A DNA stretch of 56,121 nt, taken from positions 1 to 56,121 of the IMG/VR virus record IMGVR_UViG_3300046328_000525; one strand, 5' to 3'. Shown piece by piece: positions 18,938-27,255 of this stretch. The DNA is from a virus (lineage: Duplodnaviria > Caudoviricetes). The stretch's first letter is position 1. The number at the start of each line of letters is the position of its first letter. The notes under the pieces are model-generated. The model searched no databases. It had not been told where the DNA came from and saw only the letters and a program-made list of their open reading frames with translations. The translations under genes were made by a program, and so were the position numbers.

Positions 18938-19516
18938 TTAAATTGTGTAAGTTTGCTCTTCTGCTAATATGTCATGAAATGCTGCTAATATATTAACTCT
19001 TGTACCTTTAGTTACTTTGCGTACTCCATGTCTTGTGCACCATCCTGGGAATAATACTACGCTACCCTTTTTAGGTGTAAATACAACTCCTTGATCTTCA
19101 AAAGCAAATTGCCCACCCTCGTAATCATCATTAAGGAATGCACTCAAGATATAGCTTCTTCTTGTTTGATCATATTCTCCTGCTGAATTTGGATCCTCGT
19201 CAGCATGGTCATGGAGCATGGCTCCTTCAAACATTAGATTAAAGTGTGCTCTATTAAATGTTAGATTACCTACAATATCAAAGTTATCCTTGAAGTAGTG
19301 GAAGGCATGCTTCATAGCCTCAAAGATACGCTGGTCATCAAAGCCGTTATCTCTTGATCGATCAATGAGATCATCAGAGCCTAACGGGTAGAATCCGTAG
19401 AATTCACGGGTATCAGACTGATAGTTATCTAAGGCATACTGGCAAAGAAAGTCTGCTTCCTCTGGCGTAAAGAAATCTTCAATTACTATAAATCCGCTAT
19501 TCTCATGTATGCTCAT
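18938..19516 (-). CDS. 2OG-Fe(II) oxygenase (P4H-like)
   Basis: HAD, FLNDDYEGG, HGV..V..G.R. Confidence 0.9.
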   Translation of the reverse strand: MSIHENSGFIVIEDFFTPEEADFLCQYALDNYQSDTREFYGFYPLGSDDLIDRSRDNGFDDQRIFEAMKHAFHYFKDNFDIVGNLTFNRAHFNLMFEGAMLHDHADEDPNSAGEYDQTRRSYILSAFLNDDYEGGQFAFEDQGVVFTPKKGSVVLFPGWCTRHGVRKVTKGTRVNILAAFHDILAEEQTYTI

Positions 19517-19684
19517 GTCCTTAGTCTACTAAATGTAGTTGCCTAAATCAAATGGCTAATGATATACTTAATCTATGAAAGCATGGGAAGATGGCAATTG
19601 TCAGATAGAGTCAATTAAGAGCATAGATGATGCCATGGATCCCGAAGCGGGAACAATAATGGCAATAGCCTTTGGAAGTAACTA

Positions 19685-19927
19685 ATGGCATATAGTAGAT
19701 TCTGGGATTCTGATATATATATCTATCCTAGCGTACTGGGAGATATCTGTTGCTGTGCATGCTTCCTATATGGCAAATCAATTAATATTGAAGATGACAT
19801 ATCTTTAGCTAATCATATTAAAGAACATATTGATGCATGTCATGATGTGCCTAAAGGTCTACTTGAGACTATTTTATCTGATCCAAATAGATACAGATTT
19901 GAGGCGGGAATGTCAGAAGATGTATAA
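19685..19927 (+). CDS. Cys/His-rich hypothetical protein
   Basis: MAYSRF.DSDIYIY; CCCAC; H...H....H. Confidence 0.65.
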   Translation: MAYSRFWDSDIYIYPSVLGDICCCACFLYGKSINIEDDISLANHIKEHIDACHDVPKGLLETILSDPNRYRFEAGMSEDV

Positions 19928-19975
19928 TAGTCTATGTAGTAACAATTACTACCTAACTAGATAAAGAGATTAATT

Positions 19976-20182
19976 ATGACAATGTGTGATGGATGTTCAA
20001 TATCCAAGAATAGAGATGCCTGGAGTCAATATCCAGATATGTTAGATTTATGCAAGATGTGCCACTCATTCCAAGAATCTATATATAAGACAATAGAAGA
20101 TCAAAAAAAGATTATGGGCTCAGCTTTGGCTAAAGTAGATAGCAAAGCTAAGAAATTAGCCAAGAAGAGAGCTATATCCTAG
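19976..20182 (+). CDS. CxxC...CxxC hypothetical protein
   Basis: CDGC and CKMC. Confidence 0.6.
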   Translation: MTMCDGCSISKNRDAWSQYPDMLDLCKMCHSFQESIYKTIEDQKKIMGSALAKVDSKAKKLAKKRAIS

Positions 20183-20645
20183 TATCCCCCGCCTTTAAAC
20201 ATGTCTCAAATCGTCTCCTATGACCTTATATAGGCATATTTTGCTATGTGCATGCAAAGTAAATACTATTAATTAGCTCTGGATAACTATAGATTTATCG
20301 ACAAATAGCTATATGAGTAATAGAACATGGACATTTAAGCCCTTAATGTCTAACCATTGGGCATATTGATCCATTTTTGTCAATAGAACATTTTCAGGGA
20401 GATTTGTCAAGCCCTCGTAAATGGACAAATTGGCCCACATTTGTCTAAATAATCATATAAAATACTAGACAAAATAGGGCAAAATGTCTACCATATTGAT
20501 CAGAATTGATCATGAAATGAGGTAAAACCATCTATTTCTATATAGATTTGTCGACATTTATATACAATTTGATCTAAAACTTGGGCGAATTTTTAAGCTC
20601 TTCGTAAATAGAAAATTTGGCCCTTACAATTTGATCGTCAAATGC

Positions 20646-20678
20646 AAAAAGATCCACACACCGTGTGGCATGTGGATC
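20646..20678 (-). terminator. terminator ending the minus-strand array
   Basis: GATCCACA/TGTGGATC stem followed by T5 on minus strand. Confidence 0.7.
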
Positions 20679-20743
20679 AATTTGAGGAGTAATACTTAGA
20701 TATGAAATAGATCTTTAGATCATTAATCTAATCTGTTCGTTCC

Positions 20744-21013
20744 TTAGTAATCATATGATTCATTTTGTTCTATTACTTCCGCCAAGACATTTGCTAGAAT
20801 GAGACCAGTTGAGGTAATATCATGTTCCGCCTCCGTTTGGAATCGATTTGCTTGGTATTTGATAATCCAAGTAATTAGTTCCATTAGTTTATCTTGTGTA
20901 TATAGAGGTTGTTCATTTACAATTAGATTAGCAAAGATTCCTGGATGAAACCAATGATTATCTAGAGCCTTCATTAGTGCTTCTACTGCTTTTTGTTCAT
21001 CTGTCTTCTTCAT
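20744..21013 (-). CDS. hypothetical protein
   Basis: TTGACT-N17-TATAAT upstream. Confidence 0.7.
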   Translation of the reverse strand: MKKTDEQKAVEALMKALDNHWFHPGIFANLIVNEQPLYTQDKLMELITWIIKYQANRFQTEAEHDITSTGLILANVLAEVIEQNESYDY

Positions 21014-21101
21014 TCCGCCTCCGCCTGTTAGTCAATCTTGGATTATATCAATAATGTGAGAGGGAGTCAAGACTTCCCGACCTGACCCCCTCCCAACCCT
21101 A

Positions 21102-21251
21102 TTACTTGGCCTTCTTGACTGGAGTTGGATCTGTGAAGGTTACGCCCTTTGTGAGAGCTTCCTGGATAGCTGCCTTAGCAGCTCCTGAGAAACGACCACG
21201 TACTCCAACTGTAATGCCCTGTGCCTTGAGATATTCACGCTTTGTTGTCAT
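21102..21251 (-). CDS. Lsr2 DNA-binding-domain-like mini protein (49 aa)
   Basis: REYLKAQGITVGVRGRFS resembles Lsr2 REWA..NG..V..RGRI; GAAAGG RBS. Confidence 0.7.
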   Translation of the reverse strand: MTTKREYLKAQGITVGVRGRFSGAAKAAIQEALTKGVTFTDPTPVKKAK

Positions 21252-21369
21252 TTGTTTTATCCTTTCGAGATAAGTTATTTGTATATTAATTATATAAGAT
21301 ATTGCCGATTTGGTCAATACCTTTTTCAGGCAATTATTAAGTTTTTGCCGTAAGGGGAAAATTTGGCCC

Positions 21370-22554
21370 TTACGAATCCTCACCCATTCTATCTTTAATT
21401 AATTTAGCGATCATGTTATGTGCCTCGATGTTCTCTGTCTCGGACCCACCCCACAGGAGTTCCTGGGCCTTGCTGAGTACCTCGTTGGTGTATGCGTCTG
21501 TCGTTGTCATTAGTCTTCCTCTCCTATGAACTCGTTTCTAATTAACCAATCGGTTACGTGCTCTGACATTGCTTCTGTACCATATGCCAGGGTCCAGCCT
21601 TCCGTGTCTGCTGTCTCCCAGAATTTATCAAATACGGGAGTTAGATTATCTCCCTCGTACTGTGATTGAATTTGGTCCCATGTCCATAGCCAAACCAGGG
21701 ACGGAAATACTGGCATTAAATCTAATTCTACAATCATAGAATCAAGACTGTCACGCACTGCGTCTTTAAGTATGTTATCAATCATTCTTTGCTCCAATCG
21801 CAAATGATAGTTGGTATGTTAAATCATATAATGAAACTAAGGTATCTAGAATGCCTTCACATCTTGTGCGTTCCATTGAATCCATTGCTTCTTCTGATTC
21901 ATCTTCAATTGCTTGTGCCTCCGCTAATTCTTGCTCAGCAATTAGCATTAGATTCTTTAGTTCTCCATGCATTATATCTAATCCATTAACACCTGCGTCA
22001 ATTAGACGCTGGAGGTGGGGCTCGATATTATAATCTGGACTCATTACAACTCCTCTGTATCATTGATGTGTAATTCATAACCTTTTCTTCCCAATGCTTC
22101 TAGAGCCAAGAATTCGGCTGTTGCCATGTCAATTGCTTCTACTCTGATAGAGCCGTGGATTTCATATGTATTCATTAGTTCCCTTTCGTTTTGAGGAGTA
22201 TATCACGAGCCACTGACAAAAGGTGGCGGGTTGCAGAAAGTTCTCCAGTATTCATAATATCCTCTATCTCCAATTGACGATACTCATCTGAATCAAAGTC
22301 ACCTTCATATGTATTAAAGATATCCTGAAACTTATCTGCATCTTGTAATAGACTAATTTCATGAAGCTCTAAATATGCGATCATTTCTTCCATTATTCTG
22401 CCTCCCAATAAGTTGATATTAAATCCATTGCTTGATGAATATTACAATCACAATCTCCGCCGTTCATATTTTCCATAAAGTCAATATGAGAGAAGTGGTC
22501 ATCATAGATTTTCTGAACTAAAGATTTTACAGTTAAATCGTAGTCTGTCTTCAT
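21370..22554 (-). CDS. run of small acidic early-type genes (21370-21510, 21510-21785, 21778-22044, 22044-22175, 22175-22393, 22393-22554)
   Basis: stop/start-coupled ORFs. Confidence 0.65.
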
Positions 22555-23231
22555 GCTTCTACCTCCGTTGATTTAGATTCTGATTCTACACCATGGGTCT
22601 GACAATTTGCTCTGTCCTCATCTGTTGGCTCTCCATGCCCACACTTAGGACACATATCGAACTCACATGACTCACAGTACGGTGGCTCACCTAATTCTTC
22701 ATAACTGCATTCCCAGCACTTCCAGTTATATTCAGATGAAGATAACTCTTTGCCATTAGCAAACTCTGTTGAACCGCCCCAACCTGTTTCTTCCATATAT
22801 TCATTTGTAATCAAGACGGAAGGGAACTGACGGGACAACTCAATGAATACTGGATTAGGAGTACCCCATGCTGTATCAAAGTTATATACAAGAACATGGT
22901 TCTCAGCATTTGGCTCATCATGAACTAATTCAGGACTATTAGCATCCCACTTAACACCCCAATTACGATTATTCCAAGAATACCAGTCATTACCTGAATA
23001 TGGTGAATCTGATTTGTAATCAGGTTGCTTCGGATATGCTTCCATATCTGTTGGTTTAATTACATTCCAAAAAGAAAACGGGGAATCAACAGGAACATCC
23101 TTAACAGTATAAGCCAAATCACCATTAGATTGAACAGGCATAACATATGGCTTAGCGACTAACTCTTTAATTTGATTAACTAATTCAGGCTTACCTTCAA
23201 TAGTAACTGAATTTGATACCCAATTTGGCAT
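22551..23231 (-). CDS. DUF1281/YubB ferredoxin-like protein with C-terminal Cys cluster
   Basis: MPNW..N, WY.W...NWG.KW, FDTAW..P; ACGAAAGG RBS. Confidence 0.8.
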   Translation of the reverse strand: MPNWVSNSVTIEGKPELVNQIKELVAKPYVMPVQSNGDLAYTVKDVPVDSPFSFWNVIKPTDMEAYPKQPDYKSDSPYSGNDWYSWNNRNWGVKWDANSPELVHDEPNAENHVLVYNFDTAWGTPNPVFIELSRQFPSVLITNEYMEETGWGGSTEFANGKELSSSEYNWKCWECSYEELGEPPYCESCEFDMCPKCGHGEPTDEDRANCQTHGVESESKSTEVEA

Positions 23232-23520
23232 TTCATATCCTTTCGTTGATATAAGAGAATTATACATTGGACCACCGACAAATGGAATAGTTTGGTCCTG
23301 TGATTCGGACCACACCATTCAGAATTGATCAAAACTTCAGGCGATTTGCTATTGACAACGTAAAAGAAATACTATACCCTCAGTCTTTTGGGGGCATTTT
23401 ATGATCATTGTCAAGTCCTATTAATAAGGCTGCTAGAGTATCACCAACGAAAGTAAAAGAACTCTGCTTTATTTAACCCCTGGCCCAATGGACTGAGTAG
23501 AGGCACCTTTTTATTTTAAA

Positions 23521-23916
23521 TTAACTTAACACTTTGGAATACTTATTTACAAATTCCTTTAGTGTCATTGTGAAGACTGGTTCGTCCAACATTCCACGGA
23601 CCTTTGTGTCTTCATCCCACGAGCCTTCTTCATGAAGAGACATGGTGCCTGTCCGCCAATCAATAACAGGAATCTTGTGCTCGTTATCTAGGATTGTATT
23701 AACTGAAAGGCCCCAACCTGTTAGGCTGGTCCATTCATCTCCAATTAAATTAGAGATAACAATACGTGTAGCATATGACTCATCTGTCCAACGTGGCTCT
23801 GCAAGTTCTACAGCTTGTGCAAGCTTTGACAACATCTCAAAACCAGCCCAGTGCCCGTACAAAACAATTGTATCGCCATTGCTTTGCTTGAATCCGAAGT
23901 TTGCTCTGTCTCCCAT
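23521..23916 (-). CDS. hypothetical protein
   Basis: MGDRAN..., LYGHWAG, RW.D.SY..RI. Confidence 0.75.
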   Translation of the reverse strand: MGDRANFGFKQSNGDTIVLYGHWAGFEMLSKLAQAVELAEPRWTDESYATRIVISNLIGDEWTSLTGWGLSVNTILDNEHKIPVIDWRTGTMSLHEEGSWDEDTKVRGMLDEPVFTMTLKEFVNKYSKVLS

Positions 23917-24495
23917 TAGATATCCGCCTCTACTAGTTGTTCTTCTTTTGCTGGGTGCAATTCTACCACTTCATAGGCAACCTTGGCAAGCGCCTCGGCA
24001 TATTTATTTTTATGGTGTCCGCAGAAAAATAGTTCTCCATTAATTAATTTAATCTGCCATAAAGCTTGAGCGGAGTCACCGCATTTATCGCAGGCGATCC
24101 ATTTTGTTAGGTCTTCACTCACGAATAGAAGTTCCTCTCTCAATCTTATCTGCAATTTCATCCATGATTTGTGCTTCTGATACTTCTTCTACTTCTGATG
24201 CCCATTCACGAATATTTTCAATGATGACTTCTCGTGCAAACGTTACGCCATCTTCAAAGCCTGATTTATAGTCTGACATTATTCCTCCTTCCTAGTAACC
24301 TGTCGGCTCAAACTCTGATGTATAAGATTCAATTAAATTAAACTTATCACGTAGGTTTGATACTTTCTCAATGCTACCAGTTCCAATGTTGAAAGTCAAT
24401 GGTCCAATCATTTCTGGGTCAAGACCAATTGTTGATGCCTCCCAGATAGCCCCTTTCAGGGCCATCTGAGACGGAGCGGTGAGTTCAAAGTACAT
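23916..24495 (-). CDS. three small genes (23916-24122 CxxC...FCGHH zinc-binding; 24115-24279; 24292-24495)
   Basis: coupled ORFs; AGGAGG before 24279. Confidence 0.65.
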
Positions 24496-25055
24496 TAGTA
24501 TGGCTCCTCAACTGAATAGAGTTCATAGTTGTCGATACAAACATTGCCGTTGTTAATATCTACATAGACATCTTCAAGAGCCTGGGTTAAATCAAAGTCT
24601 GCAACCTCGCTTCGTGGAATATCCATTGAACCAGAGAAATGGATTACACCTTCAAACTGAATAGTCTTAACTGGGTTGTAATCAATAATCTCACAAACCG
24701 CTTCAAGAATATCTGATGCCTCTGATTCGTTCTCATAAGCATCATTAATCAAACTAATTAACTGAGAACCGATGCGACCATTTTCTGCCTTCCAGTAATC
24801 GCAATTCTGATGCTTCTTTAGCTCTTCCATTAGTTCTGTAATCTTTGACTGCATGAACTGTGCTGTTGTGTCCATTGTTTCCTCTTTCGTTGTTGGAGTA
24901 GGTATTGTAGCATCGACCACTGACAAAAGTGTCATTGTATTAAAACAAGATGGGCAAAGCTTTTGGTCAATTGTTCTAGTTGATAGGATAGTCATTTCAA
25001 ATAGACCATCGCATGTGTTGCATACATATGTGTGCTTGTTCCAGTTCGTTGTCAT
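24495..25055 (-). CDS. zinc-ribbon plus acidic domain protein, with internal restart at 24875
   Basis: CNTC and CPSC; internal promoter and RBS before MDTT. Confidence 0.7.
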   Translation of the reverse strand: MTTNWNKHTYVCNTCDGLFEMTILSTRTIDQKLCPSCFNTMTLLSVVDATIPTPTTKEETMDTTAQFMQSKITELMEELKKHQNCDYWKAENGRIGSQLISLINDAYENESEASDILEAVCEIIDYNPVKTIQFEGVIHFSGSMDIPRSEVADFDLTQALEDVYVDINNGNVCIDNYELYSVEEPY

Positions 25056-25223
25056 GTGGCATATTATAGCGGACCCCACCGACAAATGGTGAAATTTCGG
25101 GCGATTTTAAATGTGATACGTAACACATATTTTTATCCCTCAATATATGGGGGCTCTGATCAATTTTGTCAAGTCGACACGCCGTAGCGTGAGCAGTTTC
25201 ACATCATGCTCAGGATGATTTAT

Positions 25224-26237
25224 TTAGCCCGCCAGAGCCATTACCTGCTTTACGATTTTATTCTTCTCAGCGGTAACAACAGGGTCGAATCCTGATGCAC
25301 CCGCCATGAGTGTTTCACCATTGCCACGAGCAGAGCGGAAATAATCAATGCGTTCAGTAAGAGCATTAACTACACCCCAAGCGGTACCCTTGATGTTGGT
25401 CTGAGTTGGTGAGTTGAAATAAATGTCATCAATTAAGGTGACTTTATTTTCCCACTTTGTGAGAGCCTGCTTTGACTTATCTTCTTCAGGCTTTGGATAC
25501 ATTGCACGAATAATTTCGTGGAACTTCTTATCTGAAACTTCAGTTTCAAATAGTGCCTTAGCCTGCTTTTCAAACTCATCAAAGTAACCAAGAGTAAGCC
25601 CAAGAGTCTCACGAGCAATTTGAATTTTACCCTCAGCGGTCTGAGTGTGACGGATTTTAAAAGATTGCTTTGCATTACGCATTGCAAGATTTAAAGTGTT
25701 TTGGCATACAACACGAACAGGTGTAACAGCAGCCTGCACCGCAACAGAACCGTCGTGTGATGTCCATACGATTAGATAGAGTTTTGTCTCATCGTTTGCA
25801 CCCTGAGGGTCTAGAACCATTGTGCGAGGAATTTCAACAGTACCGAACACAACTTTGCCATTACGCAAAGAGCCAGCGGATTCCCAGCGACATGCAGGGT
25901 CTGCATCGTGAATTGCATCGGCAAATTGAAATAGTTCCTCATTCTGAACTACCTTATAACGCTTACCGACATTGGCAAGAACATCAGTTCCACCATTGAA
26001 AGGGTTGGTACGCAATACGAGATGAGAATTTGAAACATCATTCCAAGATTCATCTACGTGATCGGTTAGCGGCGAGAGTCGAACATTCCAATTCGAGAGT
26101 TTAGCTTCATCGAGCATGAGTTGAGTTGAAACTTCCTCATCTTGTGAGAAGATGCGGTTTGCAAGATTATGCCATGCAGGTGCGCCACGCAATGCAAATG
26201 CAACTTCGCCATTAACAGTTTCGAGATTATGAGCCAT
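25224..26237 (-). CDS. DUF932-family (phage/plasmid TIGR03299-like) protein
   Basis: MAHN..., PAWH.L, Y.VVQN, ESAGSL..G, SHDGS, TPVRVVCQNTL, IRHT, GTAWG..NA.TE. Confidence 0.9.
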   Translation of the reverse strand: MAHNLETVNGEVAFALRGAPAWHNLANRIFSQDEEVSTQLMLDEAKLSNWNVRLSPLTDHVDESWNDVSNSHLVLRTNPFNGGTDVLANVGKRYKVVQNEELFQFADAIHDADPACRWESAGSLRNGKVVFGTVEIPRTMVLDPQGANDETKLYLIVWTSHDGSVAVQAAVTPVRVVCQNTLNLAMRNAKQSFKIRHTQTAEGKIQIARETLGLTLGYFDEFEKQAKALFETEVSDKKFHEIIRAMYPKPEEDKSKQALTKWENKVTLIDDIYFNSPTQTNIKGTAWGVVNALTERIDYFRSARGNGETLMAGASGFDPVVTAEKNKIVKQVMALAG

Positions 26238-26457
26238 GATTTTCCTCTTTCGTTTGATTGATTAGGCAATTATAACAGGCGGGTCTGACAAATGATAGTC
26301 TAATTTGATTCCATCTCATAGACTGAGATGTGTGCAACATCACAATTTTCAGGGTGTTTTGGTGCTTGACTTAAATGGATCGAGGCCCCCGCAGTATTTG
26401 GGGGCATTTTTTAAAATTGTCAAGCGGGAAGTTTAAAGAGATTCCCAGCTCTTGCTA

Positions 26458-26709
26458 TTACGATAAGATTAACTGATTACCGATTTTAGCTTTGACATTC
26501 TGTACTGTTTCCATTGGGATAAACATTGCGGTTGTCTTCTTCTTTTTTAGCGAATCAAAAACATACGCATGAACGGTTGAGCTGAACTTACTGATGTTGC
26601 TGAATACATATTCGGTGAGCAGTTCTTTGTCTACACCTTGATCCGAATACATGGTGACATCATTTGATTTGATGTCATCATAAATTTCAATGCGATAACG
26701 ATTACGCAT
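26458..26709 (-). CDS. hypothetical protein
   Basis: AAAGGA RBS. Confidence 0.7.
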   Translation of the reverse strand: MRNRYRIEIYDDIKSNDVTMYSDQGVDKELLTEYVFSNISKFSSTVHAYVFDSLKKKKTTAMFIPMETVQNVKAKIGNQLILS

Positions 26710-26778
26710 TTTGTTTCCTTTGTTAGTAGGGACACCCGAAGGTGTGAGCAGTTTGGCGACTTACTCAGGTCGTTGGAT

Positions 26779-27177
26779 TTATAGGTACTGTGCGATTGAC
26801 TTGAAAGTTGAAGTTGAAACGAAATCCTCATCTGTCATCTTCAAGATGCGAATACCATTTTCAATCTCTTGGATTTCGTACTGACCCAATTCGTTTTCTA
26901 GTCGCTCAATCTCTGGCTCATCAGGAAGTTTAACTCCGTTTGCAATCTCATAATTTACTGAGAGAGAGTTACGCCATGAGTGCTTGCTGATTGAGTCAAT
27001 AGTCAATGAGTCCTTGAACTCCTTGAGAATTGTCTTAAAATACTTATCTTGTGCTACCTTGTAAGCATCACGCTTCTTTTCGTTTGATGCTGCAACCTTT
27101 ACATTATTAGTAATCTTATCTTCAAGAGCCTTGATTACTTTAACTGTTGCTACCTTAACTGTTACTGCTCTAGCCAT
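26779..27177 (-). CDS. hypothetical protein
   Basis: promoter plus ACGAAAGAGG RBS. Confidence 0.75.
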   Translation of the reverse strand: MARAVTVKVATVKVIKALEDKITNNVKVAASNEKKRDAYKVAQDKYFKTILKEFKDSLTIDSISKHSWRNSLSVNYEIANGVKLPDEPEIERLENELGQYEIQEIENGIRILKMTDEDFVSTSTFKSIAQYL

Positions 27178-27255
27178 TTTTTCCTCTTTCGTTGGTTGGT
27201 TTATTTGGTTAGTTGTATTATAGTGGAGGGGTCTGACAAACCCCTCCGCCCCATA

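Noticed and set aside
18922-18945. PafBC-type promoter at TGTCAG
   Set aside because: Spacer does not give N10-TAnnnT; it is a short GTCAG/CTGAC hairpin at a convergent gene end
25190-25219. Hammerhead ribozyme (CUGA...GAAAC)
   Set aside because: No CUGANGA core with three stems; the other copies lack GAAA and fit a pseudoknot better
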